The notes under the pieces are model-generated. The model was not told the DNA's origin, made no database searches, and saw nothing but the letters and a program-made list of their open reading frames with translations. 64,000 nucleotides of DNA, from NCBI GenBank assembly GCA_902790215.1, contig CADAQX010000021.1, positions 3,601 to 67,600 on the forward strand. Direction: 5' to 3'. Origin of the DNA: an uncultured Bacteroidota bacterium (lineage in GTDB: Bacteria; Bacteroidota; Bacteroidia; Bacteroidales; P3). Shown piece after piece: positions 8,879 through 17,751 of the stretch (its first letter is position 1; each line of letters starts with the position of its first letter). The translations under genes were made by a program, and so were the position numbers.

Positions 8879-8961
8879 TACCCGGGGTGGGTATCGAACC
8901 CACACGTCCTTGCGGACAGCAGATTTTGAGTCTACCGCGTCTACCATTCCGCCACCCGGGC
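8879..8961 (-). tRNA. tRNA-Leu (anticodon CAA)
   Basis: Reverse complement is GCCCGGGTGGCGGAATGGTAGACGCGGTAGACTCAAAATCTGCTGTCCGCAAGGACGTGTGGGTTCGATACCCACCCCGGGTA. It has an acceptor stem, the GGTTCGATNCC T-arm, anticodon loop CT-CAA-AA and a long class II variable arm. CCA is not encoded. Confidence 0.9.
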
Positions 8962-8988
8962 AAACCGTTTTTCGCTCTCAAAAACGGG

Positions 8989-9002
8989 TGCAAAAGTACA
9001 CA
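8989..9002 (-). promoter_or_regulatory. tRNA-Leu promoter (-7 box TACTTTTG within TGTGTACTTTTGCA)
   Basis: Bacteroidetes TAnnTTTG consensus, about 27 nt upstream of the tRNA 5' end. Confidence 0.6.
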
Positions 9003-9060
9003 TTTTTTCCGACATGGCAATTTTTTTTTTCAAAATATACAACAATCAAGAAAAAAATAG

Positions 9061-9068
9061 TATCTTTG
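9061..9068 (+). promoter_or_regulatory. -7 box TATCTTTG for prs
   Basis: Matches the TAnnTTTG consensus, 22 nt upstream of the ATG at 9090. Confidence 0.6.
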
Positions 9069-9089
9069 CAGTCTCAAAATCAACACAAA

Positions 9090-10070
9090 ATGGGCGATAA
9101 AAAAACTGATAAAGTATTCATTTTCGCGGGTCGTGCAACTGCAGACTTGGCACACCGCGTAGCCGAACATTATGGAATTCCACTGGGAAACTCCACCGTT
9201 TTTCAATATGCCGACGGTGAATTCCAGCCCTCATATGAAGACACTATCCGTGGCGGCACGGTCTTCATCATCCAGTCCACCATCCCACCCACCGACAACC
9301 TGTTTGAACTGTTGCTGATGATTGACGCAGCCAAACGCGCCTCGGCGGAGAAGATTGTGGCTGTCATCCCCTATTACGGTTTTGCCCGCCAGGACCGCAA
9401 GGACAAGCCCCATGTGCCTATCGCTTCCAAGGTGATTGCCGATATGATTCAGGCTGCCGGAGCCGACCGCGTCATCTGCATGGACCTCCACGCCGACCAG
9501 ATTCAGGGATTCTTCAATATCCCCGTCGACCACCTGTACGGCTCGTCGCTCTTCATGCCCTATATCCGCGAGAAGTTCGACATTGAAGATGTCATGTTCG
9601 CCAGCCCCGACATGGGCGGCAGCAAGCGCGCCGGCATGTATGCCAAGACCCTTAACAACAGTTTTGTCATCTGCTATAAGCACCGCAACAAGCCCAACGA
9701 GATCGGCGAGATGCGCCTGATTGGCGATGTGTCGGGCAAGCATGTCATCCTCCTTGACGACATCATCGACACCGGCTCCACCATCTGCAAGGCCGCAGGC
9801 ATCATCATGGAGAGCGGTGCCAAGAGCGTCCGCGCCATGATTACCCACCCCGTGCTGAGCGGCAACGCCATCGAGAAAGTGGAAGCCTCGGCACTCGAGG
9901 AACTCGTCACCACCGACACCATCCCGCTGAAACGCCAGAGCGACAAAATCCGCGTGCTGAGCTGCGACTGGCTGTTGGCTGAGGCTATTCGCCGTGTGGT
10001 CACATACGAGTCGCTCGACAACCTCTACGAGACCACCATCCACCACAAAGGCGTTATCCACAAAATGTAG
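9090..10070 (+). CDS. prs: Ribose-phosphate pyrophosphokinase
   Basis: FQYADGEFQPSYEDTIRGGTVFIIQS, ARQDRKD and LLDDIIDTGSTI motifs. The start at 9090 lies behind the promoter box, so the track ORF from 8910 is an over-extension across the tRNA. Confidence 0.9.
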   Translation: MGDKKTDKVFIFAGRATADLAHRVAEHYGIPLGNSTVFQYADGEFQPSYEDTIRGGTVFIIQSTIPPTDNLFELLLMIDAAKRASAEKIVAVIPYYGFARQDRKDKPHVPIASKVIADMIQAAGADRVICMDLHADQIQGFFNIPVDHLYGSSLFMPYIREKFDIEDVMFASPDMGGSKRAGMYAKTLNNSFVICYKHRNKPNEIGEMRLIGDVSGKHVILLDDIIDTGSTICKAAGIIMESGAKSVRAMITHPVLSGNAIEKVEASALEELVTTDTIPLKRQSDKIRVLSCDWLLAEAIRRVVTYESLDNLYETTIHHKGVIHKM

Positions 10071-10165
10071 CGGAGAGCCTCCACTGGTAATTTAACCTGC
10101 TTATTTTTTAAAACAAAAACATAATTATTAACCAGGCCGCAAGGCCATTAAACAAATCACAAATC

Positions 10166-10747
10166 ATGAGAATAGTATCATTGAGCGGTTCTCTCCGCGA
10201 GAACGTAGGGAAAAAAGATGCTAAAGCACTGCGTCGCGACGCCAAAGTGCCCTGTGTCATGTACGGCAAGGGCGAACAGTTCCTGTTTTCTGTTCCCCAG
10301 ACCGAATTCCAGCGCATCCTTTTCAATCCCGCACCCTGTTTTGTAGACATCGATCTGAACGGCACCAAGCACCGTGCCATTCTGAAGGACATCGATTTTC
10401 ACCCCGTGACCGAGATTGTCTACCACTGCGACTTCTTCGAGCTGAGCGAGGACAAACCCATCGTCATGTCCATCCCCGTGCACACCACCGGTACTTCCGT
10501 TGGCGTGATGAAGGGCGGTAAGCTGGCTTACAAGCAGAAGAGACTCAACGTGAAGGCTCTTCCCGCCAACATGCCCAGCGAGATTCTTATCGACATCACC
10601 AACCTCGACGTTGCCCAGCGCTGCAAAGTGCAGGACATCGCCACCGAGAATTTTGAGATCCTCAACCCCAAGAGCAGCGAGGTCGTTGTTATCAACAGCA
10701 CCCGTGCCGCTGCCACCGGTGCCAACGAGGTTGTCGAGGCTGAGTAA
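10166..10747 (+). CDS. rplY: 50S ribosomal protein L25 / general stress protein Ctc
   Basis: The N-terminal RENVGKKDAKALRRDAKVPCVMYG is typical of the L25/Ctc family. Confidence 0.85.
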   Translation: MRIVSLSGSLRENVGKKDAKALRRDAKVPCVMYGKGEQFLFSVPQTEFQRILFNPAPCFVDIDLNGTKHRAILKDIDFHPVTEIVYHCDFFELSEDKPIVMSIPVHTTGTSVGVMKGGKLAYKQKRLNVKALPANMPSEILIDITNLDVAQRCKVQDIATENFEILNPKSSEVVVINSTRAAATGANEVVEAE

Positions 10748-10767
10748 TATTAGTGTAAACTAAAAGG

Positions 10768-10903
10768 AAAAAACTAAAAACTATAATGTTGATTGCTTGA
10801 ATGTTTGAATGTGTAAATGTTTGAGTGGCTGTCGCGGTCAATATACTCAAACAATCATGCAATCAAACAATCAAGCAATCTTTTTTTTAGTTTTTAGTTT
10901 TTT
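10768..10903 (+). repeat. 136-nt nested hairpin between rplY and era (probable terminator)
   Basis: Outer arms 10768-10783 (aaaaaactaaaaacta) and 10888-10903 (tagtttttagtttttt) are perfect 16-nt complements. The inner arms are TTGCTTGAATG-type words and their complements. It ends in a T-rich tract. Confidence 0.8.
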
Positions 10904-10923
10904 TCTTTTTATCTATCATCCCT

Positions 10924-11805
10924 ATGCACAAGGCAGGATTCGTAAACATCATCGGCAACCCCAATGTGGGCAAGTCGACCCTCATGAATGCCCTGGTGGG
11001 CGAGCGGCTCAGCATCATCACCAGCAAGGCCCAGACCACACGCCACCGCATCATGGGCATCGTCAACGGCGAGGATTTCCAAATCATCTACACCGACACC
11101 CCTGGCATTGTCAACCCCCACTACAAGCTGCATCAGCAAATGATGGGTGTGGTGTACAACGCTCTGGAGGACGCCGACCTTTTCCTGTTGGTCACCGAGG
11201 TGGGCGAGACCCTGAAGAACCAGGAGCTTCTTTCCAAGATTATCCTCTCCAACACGCCCGTCATCCTTGTCATCAACAAGATTGATCTCTCGGACCAGCA
11301 GCAAGTCACCGAGAAGATAAACTATTGGCAGAACATCATTCCCCGTGCCGTGGTCATTCCTGCCTCCGCCACCGAGCGGTTCAACATCGACGCCATCTTC
11401 GACCACATCATGCAGGTTCTGCCCGAGAACCCGCCCTATTTCCCGAAAGACGAACTCACCGACCGCTCCATGCGCTTTTTCGTCAGCGAGATTATCCGCG
11501 AAAAACTCCTGCTCTACTATCAGAAAGAGATACCCTACAGCTGCGAAGTAGCCGTGGAGAGCTATGAGGAGAAAGAGGGCGTGGACAGCATCAGAGCCAT
11601 CATCTATGTGGAGAGAGAGTCGCAGCGAGCCATCCTCATCGGACACCAAGGCAAATCCATCAAGAAAGTGGGGATAGAGGCCCGCAAAGACATTGAGGAG
11701 TTCACCGGCAAGAAATGTTTCCTCAACCTGTATGTAAAGGTGATGAAAGACTGGCGCAACAGCGACCGGGCTCTGAAGCAGTTCGGCTACGAGACCAGCG
11801 ACTGA
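10924..11805 (+). CDS. era: GTPase Era
   Basis: G1 GNPNVGKST, G3 DTPG, G4 NKID and a C-terminal KH domain. Confidence 0.9.
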   Translation: MHKAGFVNIIGNPNVGKSTLMNALVGERLSIITSKAQTTRHRIMGIVNGEDFQIIYTDTPGIVNPHYKLHQQMMGVVYNALEDADLFLLVTEVGETLKNQELLSKIILSNTPVILVINKIDLSDQQQVTEKINYWQNIIPRAVVIPASATERFNIDAIFDHIMQVLPENPPYFPKDELTDRSMRFFVSEIIREKLLLYYQKEIPYSCEVAVESYEEKEGVDSIRAIIYVERESQRAILIGHQGKSIKKVGIEARKDIEEFTGKKCFLNLYVKVMKDWRNSDRALKQFGYETSD

Positions 11806-11832
11806 AACCCTTAACCCCTCACCCATGCCATT

Positions 11833-12591
11833 ATGCGCTGGACCTTTCTGCTCATCGTCGCACTGACACTGATTGGCTGCGGACACCCCACGTCCACCCA
11901 ACCCCAAGCCACTGCCGGCGATACCGCCACTCCTCCACCGCATATCCCCGCCCCTTCCACTGCCGAGAATCATCCCCACTACACCCCCACCGAGCAGAAA
12001 CTGCTCAAACTGGGACTTGTCGATTTGCAGCAACTCGATTCCACCATCCAGGTGCAGCTGGTCTATGCCACACCCGACAACTTCATGGGGCAGACGCTCT
12101 ACACCGACATCCACAAAGCATTTGTGCTGCCGCAATTAGCCCAGAAGATTGCCGCTGCACAGAAAGAGCTGCACAGCCTCCGTCCCGACCTGAGCCTGCT
12201 GATTCTCGACGCCGTGCGCCCGCTCTCCGTGCAGCGCACCATGTTCCACCAGGTGCAGGGCACACCCCTCAACATCTACGTGTCCAACCCGCGCAACGGC
12301 CCCGGCCTTCACAATTACGGCGCAGCGGTTGACATAACCCTTGCCGACACTGCAGGCAACTGGCTGCCCATGGGCTCCGCTTTCGACCACTTCGGCCCAG
12401 AAGCGCATATCGACCGCGAGACGGAGCTGCTGACTTCCGGACTCATCACACAGGAAGAGTTTGACAACCGACGGTTGCTCCGCCGACTGATGCGGAACCA
12501 AGGGCTGATAGCCTTCAGGCTAGAATGGTGGCACTTCAACCTCCTGTCGCGCACACGGGCGCAACAGACACTCAAGCCCATAGACCTGTAG
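11833..12591 (+). CDS. M15-family D-alanyl-D-alanine dipeptidase-like lipoprotein (VanX/DdpX-like)
   Basis: Lipobox LIGC. SVQRTMFHQV, HNYGAAVDITL and EWWHFNL resemble the VanX-family zinc and catalytic motifs. Confidence 0.75.
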   Translation: MRWTFLLIVALTLIGCGHPTSTQPQATAGDTATPPPHIPAPSTAENHPHYTPTEQKLLKLGLVDLQQLDSTIQVQLVYATPDNFMGQTLYTDIHKAFVLPQLAQKIAAAQKELHSLRPDLSLLILDAVRPLSVQRTMFHQVQGTPLNIYVSNPRNGPGLHNYGAAVDITLADTAGNWLPMGSAFDHFGPEAHIDRETELLTSGLITQEEFDNRRLLRRLMRNQGLIAFRLEWWHFNLLSRTRAQQTLKPIDL

Positions 12592-12602
12592 TCAGCGCAA
12601 CG

Positions 12603-15074
12603 TTAAGCCCCCGTCACATACCGGACCACGTGCAGCTGCAGATAACTATATTTTCCGTTGAAATGCTCATATATCTCCTTGAGGTGTGTCGTCTCTGGAT
12701 GGTCGGACATATAGTCCGCCACTTCTTCCAGTTCCTCCTGCGACAACAACAGCTCGGGGTCAAGCACACCCTCTTTCACTGCGGCAAGCAGATAGCCCTC
12801 CGTCGTACTCACGGCACGGTTCAAAGCCTGTGCTGTCTCGGCCACGGTCTTGCCTTCGGCCACTAACGTTGCCGCCTGCTGCCACATGTGCACTTTTACC
12901 GGCTCTTCCTCTGTGACAATCTCCGGCACAGGAAATCCCTTGTCGTGGCAGTAGTCGCGCACCACCTGCATGATGTCGGAGCCGTACTTCTTCAGCTTCA
13001 TCTTGCCCATGCCCGGGACGTTTTTCAGCTCGGCCAACGACACAGGCAGTTGATCGGCAATAGCCATGAGGGTCTTCTGGTGCATGATGGCAAATGCCGG
13101 CACCCCTGCTTCCTCGGCCACAACACGACGCCACGCCGACAACATCGGCACCAATTCGGGATGACGCACACCCTCATAGACCGTCTCACGCCGTTCACGC
13201 TTGGGCTTGTCCGGTTTCTGAAGTTCAAAGTCCACCTTGGCTTTCTGGCAGCTCACTATGTCAAAGCCATTGTCGCCGACATGTTTGAGCAAATGTTGCT
13301 TCAGGCCTGAATCGTGGCGGTATCGCTCTGCCGACTCTTTCAGCCTGCGGGCCGTCTCTTTATTGTCCACATCAACATCCAGCAATGGAAGCACCCGCTT
13401 GTCGATATCCTGCAGCACACCCTGAAAATAGGCCGAAGCCTTGCTTATGCGCTCCTGCATCAACGTTCCGGACTGTCCGTTGTCGGTATGACCAATGGAC
13501 GCCAACTGACGGCGGAAACGCCCGGCCACCGACACCAGTTCCTCGACCTCGCCGAGACACAGCTGCGAAAGCGCAGCGGCCTGTGCGGGATAGACTGCCA
13601 GCAAATGCTCTTGAAAGAGGCGGTTCAACCCCTCGGCATCGTGCTGCAAAGTGCTGAAATCGAACAAATCGAAGAGGACATCGTAGAAATATTGCGTCCT
13701 GTAGCCGTCGAACATCTGCTCTGCCTGCGCGGGAGGCGTGACCGTCCGGTTAAACTGCTCAATATCCTCGCTGCCAAACGCATTGCGGGACGAGATTGGA
13801 GACAAAAGGGTCAAGCCCTCCAGGCTGCGGCAACGGCTCAGAGCCACATAAACCTGCCCATAGGTAAATGCCCCCGACACATCCACCTGTACCCTGTCGA
13901 AAGTCAGGCCCTGTGCCTTGTGGATGGTGACAGCCCAGGCGGTTTTGAGAGGATACTGCACAAAGACACCGTCAAGCGTCTGCTTTATCTGATTGTCGGC
14001 ACTGTCAATCTCGTATTTCCATGTATCCCATCTCTCCTGTCCTACATCAATGCGTTCCCCTTCACTGTTCACCACCACAATGTGCATCTGTCCATCGGAC
14101 GCGTCGTCGTCGACCTCCATACTTTCCACCACGCCTATCATGCCGTTATAATACCGGTGCCCCGTGCTGTCGTTTTTGACAAACATCACCTGTGCCCCTA
14201 CTTTCAGTTCCAGATGCCGCTCGGTGGGCGCTGCGCTGTCGGGGAAATTGCCCTCCACCACAGCATCAAAGATGTAGACAGGCGTGTCTAAGGCTTCTAA
14301 ATGGCGACGGTTCACCTCGTCGGCCTGCCAGTTATGGGTGGTGAGCAGAATGGGCTCCTGCCCGTCGGCAAAGACGGTCGGCTCACCCGGCTTGCGCACG
14401 CGGGCGTTGAGTGCCGCCAGCGTGGCCTCGTCGAAATGGCTGTCGCGGATATTGTTGAGCAATGCGACGAACTGTGCATCCTGCTGCCTGTAGATTGTGG
14501 TGAGCTGAACGGTGACATACTGCAGCCGCTGCAGTGCTTTGCTGTGGAAGAAAAAAGGCGAGGGATAGACGCGCTCCATATAGGGTCTCTCCTCTTCGGT
14601 AACCACAGGTGCCAGTTGCTGCACATCGCCAATCATCAGCAGCTGCACCCCGCCAAAGGGACGGCTGCTGCGACGGTAGCGCCGCATGACGGCATCGATG
14701 GCGTCGAGCAGGTCGGCACGCACCATGCTTATCTCATCGATGATAAGCAAGTCCATGGTGCGGATAATGTCGATTTTCGACTTGCGCAACTGCCGCTGGT
14801 TCTCGGGCAGCTGGTATTCCGTCACCAGTTCGGGGATATCGGGCAGATAGGGGCAGAACGGCAACTGGAAGAAACTGTGGATGGTCACCCCGCCGGCGTT
14901 GACGGCGGCCACACCCGTGGGGGCCACCACCACGGAACGTTTGGGACAGTGCGTGGCAATGTAGTGCAGAAAAGTGGTCTTGCCCGTCCCGGCCTTGCCG
15001 GTGAGGAAGATTGACACACCCGTCTCGCTCACATAGCGTGAGGCCAACTCTATTTGAGGATTGAAGTCCATCAT
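12603..15074 (-). CDS. Pif1/RecD-family DNA helicase with HRDC and C-terminal HTH regions
   Basis: Walker A GKAGTGKTT, LIIDEISMV and the AWAVTIHKAQGLTFD helicase motifs. The middle section is HRDC-like (AFAIMHQKTLMAIADQLP). Confidence 0.85.
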   Translation of the reverse strand: MMDFNPQIELASRYVSETGVSIFLTGKAGTGKTTFLHYIATHCPKRSVVVAPTGVAAVNAGGVTIHSFFQLPFCPYLPDIPELVTEYQLPENQRQLRKSKIDIIRTMDLLIIDEISMVRADLLDAIDAVMRRYRRSSRPFGGVQLLMIGDVQQLAPVVTEEERPYMERVYPSPFFFHSKALQRLQYVTVQLTTIYRQQDAQFVALLNNIRDSHFDEATLAALNARVRKPGEPTVFADGQEPILLTTHNWQADEVNRRHLEALDTPVYIFDAVVEGNFPDSAAPTERHLELKVGAQVMFVKNDSTGHRYYNGMIGVVESMEVDDDASDGQMHIVVVNSEGERIDVGQERWDTWKYEIDSADNQIKQTLDGVFVQYPLKTAWAVTIHKAQGLTFDRVQVDVSGAFTYGQVYVALSRCRSLEGLTLLSPISSRNAFGSEDIEQFNRTVTPPAQAEQMFDGYRTQYFYDVLFDLFDFSTLQHDAEGLNRLFQEHLLAVYPAQAAALSQLCLGEVEELVSVAGRFRRQLASIGHTDNGQSGTLMQERISKASAYFQGVLQDIDKRVLPLLDVDVDNKETARRLKESAERYRHDSGLKQHLLKHVGDNGFDIVSCQKAKVDFELQKPDKPKRERRETVYEGVRHPELVPMLSAWRRVVAEEAGVPAFAIMHQKTLMAIADQLPVSLAELKNVPGMGKMKLKKYGSDIMQVVRDYCHDKGFPVPEIVTEEEPVKVHMWQQAATLVAEGKTVAETAQALNRAVSTTEGYLLAAVKEGVLDPELLLSQEELEEVADYMSDHPETTHLKEIYEHFNGKYSYLQLHVVRYVTGA

Positions 15075-15080
15075 ATGAAA

Positions 15081-15125
15081 ATTAATCGGATTATTCCGAT
15101 TATTCTGATTATTCTGATTAATCCA
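15081..15125. repeat. GATTATTCY word repeat flanked by ATTAATC/GATTAAT
   Basis: attaatcggattattccgattattctgattattctgattaatcc. The same word family occurs at 23783-23825. Confidence 0.8.
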
Positions 15126-15146
15126 AACACACCGGTCGCTCCAAGA

Positions 15147-16703
15147 CTAACTTATCGGCACCCGGCGGTCGAGGCCGAAGCTCATGGGCGACACCTTGAG
15201 CACGGGGGCAAACTGGAGGCGTTTCCACTCGTTGATGCGTACTTTGCGGAGCACCTCGGCCACAAGAGCGGGGTCGTAGCCCTCGGCCACGATTTCTTCC
15301 TGACAGAGTTGTTCTTCGATGTGCAGGTTGAGGATGGTGTCGAGAACGCTGTAGTCGGGCAGGGAGTCGGTGTCTTTCTGTCCCGGACGGAGTTCGGCCG
15401 AAGGGGCTTTCTGGATGGTGTTGACGGGTATGCGGATACCATTGCGGTTGACATATTCACCAAGTTCATAGACCTCGGTCTTGTATAGGTCGCCGATGAC
15501 ACTGAGGCCTCCGCAGCTGTCGCCATAGAGGGTGCCGTAGCCCATGGCGGCCTCGGACTTGTTGGTGGTGTTGAGTGCCATGGCGCCGAACTTGTTGGCG
15601 TAGCTCATGACGATGGTGCCGCGGATGCGCGCCTGCATGTTCTCCTCGGTGACATCCTCGGGACGGTCGCCAAAGACGGGCTTCATGGTCTGGCGCAAAG
15701 TGTCGAAGAGGGGCTTGATAGGGACGATGTCGTAGGCGACACCCAGGTTGTTGGCCAGCTCCACTGCATCGTTGACAGAATGGTCGGTGGAATACTGCGA
15801 GGGCATGAGGATGCCGTGGACATTCTCCGGCCCGATGGCATCGGCAGCGAGGAGGCACACCATGGCAGAGTCCATGCCGCCCGAGAGACCCAGCACAGCC
15901 CGGCGGATGCCGTTTTTGCGGAAGTAATCGCGGATGCCCATGACAAGAGCCTGATAGACCAGCGCCACGGCTTCGGGTTTCTCGTCCTGGCACTCCTCCA
16001 TGAGCTGCAGGTCCACGCTCTGCGCATATGGCTCGAAATAGGGGAACTGGGTGAGCACCATGCCGGCAGCGTTCATGGCCAGAGAGCCTCCGGCATAGAG
16101 CAGGCTGCCCTCACCGCCGATGCGGTTGGCAAAGACCAGCGAGGCGTTGAGGTTTTCGACAATCTTGTGCATGCGGTAGCGGATGCGGTAGGGCTTGTTG
16201 TAGTCGAAGACATTGCAGCCGCAGCAGATGACCATGTCGGGTTGCTCGGTATGGGATTTGGAGAGTTCCTTGAGGTCTTCATAGAAGCCAATGGCAATCT
16301 GCTGTTCCTGATACTGGATGACCTGCACGCCCTCGCCGCGCACGAAGTACTTCTGCTCGTCGGGTGCGAGATATTTCTTGCTGATGATGCCTCGTATGGC
16401 ACAGTTCTGCACAAAGACAATGGCATTGCAGAGCCCTTTGTCCTGAATCTGCAGGGGCATGCCGATGAGGAAGGCACGGTGTTCGGACATCTGGATGAGC
16501 TCCTGCAAAGCGGCCTGGGCGCGTTTTTGCAGGTCTGTGTAGGCCACCGAGCCGAAAAGAGGTGCGCCACACAGCGTGCAGGCAGGGAAGACTGTGAGGA
16601 GTGCCTCACGGCTTTCGGGCTTGTCAAGTTCCTCGACTATCCATTTGAGATTTTCTTCGGGGTTGTTGGAAATGATGTCGTGTTGTACAATATGTATATT
16701 CAT
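15147..16703 (-). CDS. nadE: Glutamine-dependent NAD+ synthetase (CN-hydrolase plus NAD synthase domains)
   Basis: SGGMDS PP-loop motif and an N-terminal nitrilase-like domain. Start placed at 16703 (MNIHIV) because a TAACTTTG box at 16746-16753 lies inside the longer track ORF. Confidence 0.85.
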   Translation of the reverse strand: MNIHIVQHDIISNNPEENLKWIVEELDKPESREALLTVFPACTLCGAPLFGSVAYTDLQKRAQAALQELIQMSEHRAFLIGMPLQIQDKGLCNAIVFVQNCAIRGIISKKYLAPDEQKYFVRGEGVQVIQYQEQQIAIGFYEDLKELSKSHTEQPDMVICCGCNVFDYNKPYRIRYRMHKIVENLNASLVFANRIGGEGSLLYAGGSLAMNAAGMVLTQFPYFEPYAQSVDLQLMEECQDEKPEAVALVYQALVMGIRDYFRKNGIRRAVLGLSGGMDSAMVCLLAADAIGPENVHGILMPSQYSTDHSVNDAVELANNLGVAYDIVPIKPLFDTLRQTMKPVFGDRPEDVTEENMQARIRGTIVMSYANKFGAMALNTTNKSEAAMGYGTLYGDSCGGLSVIGDLYKTEVYELGEYVNRNGIRIPVNTIQKAPSAELRPGQKDTDSLPDYSVLDTILNLHIEEQLCQEEIVAEGYDPALVAEVLRKVRINEWKRLQFAPVLKVSPMSFGLDRRVPIS

Positions 16704-16857
16704 AATCAGCGTGTTTTTGCAATTGGGGATGTGAAATATATTCTGCAAAGTTACAATTTTTTTTCGTTATTTACGGAATTTATGTATATTTGCACACTGA
16801 AAGGGTAAAGACATTATCCACAAAACAAATTAATAACAAACTAAAAACAACATTATT

Positions 16858-17313
16858 ATGAAGAAAATTTTTGTACTTTTAGTGGCAGTATTTGCTTTTG
16901 GAATTGCTGCAAACGCACAGGATGCACTGGGTCTCCGTTTCGGCGGCGGCACGAAGTACGGTGCTGAGATTTCCTACCAGAAAAGCCTGGCCGCTAACCG
17001 CCTTGAGTTTGACTTGGGTGTGAATCTGCCTGATTTCGACTTCTTCTACCTGACTGGTGTCTACCAGTGGAAAGGCACCATCACCGACTGGCTGGGTTGG
17101 TATGCCGGCCCCGGTGCCAAGGTGAGCTTCTGCAAAAACCACGGTGTAGGTGTTGCTGTTGCCGCACAGCTGGGTCTCGAAGCCAACTTTGCCAACTTCC
17201 CCTTCCAGATTACCGTCGACATCCGTCCGGAGTATGAGTTTGTGCTGCCCAAGGAGTGCATCAACCATTTCAGCTGGGCTGCCGCTCTTGGTATCCGCTA
17301 CAAGCTGAACTAA
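16858..17313 (+). CDS. Small outer-membrane beta-barrel protein
   Basis: Signal peptide, alternating amphipathic strands and a C-terminal aromatic-rich end. A TATATTTG box lies at 16785-16792. Confidence 0.7.
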   Translation: MKKIFVLLVAVFAFGIAANAQDALGLRFGGGTKYGAEISYQKSLAANRLEFDLGVNLPDFDFFYLTGVYQWKGTITDWLGWYAGPGAKVSFCKNHGVGVAVAAQLGLEANFANFPFQITVDIRPEYEFVLPKECINHFSWAAALGIRYKLN

Positions 17314-17328
17314 TTCATTTTACATCTT

Positions 17329-17370
17329 AAGGAGTTGCATGGCACATGCCATGCAACTCCTTATTTTTTT
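17329..17370 (+). terminator. Intrinsic terminator
   Basis: Perfect 15-bp palindrome aaggagttgcatggc/gccatgcaactcctt followed by a T7 run. Confidence 0.8.
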
Positions 17371-17407
17371 CATTCAGGTCTATTTGTCTTTTGCGTCGCG
17401 TCCCTAT

Positions 17408-17712
17408 CGCGCGCCCTCCGCCATCCGCTCTTCAAACGTCGTAGCGTCGTCATTTATCCACTCGTTATTCGATCGTTATTCGCTCGTTTTCCCTTTTGGA
17501 AAGGGAAAAATGAGGGAAAAAGAGTGATTATCAAGGGGAAAAGAAACGACACCACAGCGACGGCCGATACGAGGAATTAACAAAACAACACGTTCCCGCA
17601 TCGCCTATTTGAAGATATTTGAAGATATTGGTATATAAACGAGGATTAAGGAAGGTTGCGTCAAGTTAAGGTGCAGGTCAGAAAGAAAGTGTGTACTTTT
17701 GCAGCGGTTTTC
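17408..17712 (+). repeat. Dispersed intergenic repeat, subtype 2, copy B
   Basis: Aligns end to end by eye with 55253-55558. It ends with TGTGTACTTTTGCAGCGGTTTTC (-7 box at 17694-17701). Confidence 0.9.
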
Positions 17713-17751
17713 GGGATGTGCCTATATTCCCCGTGCAAGGTTGACAATGTT

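Noticed and set aside
8910-9089. N-terminal extension of prs (track ORF 8910..10070).
   Set aside because: The extension runs through the tRNA-Leu gene and the TATCTTTG promoter box. The conserved Prs sequence begins at the ATG at 9090.
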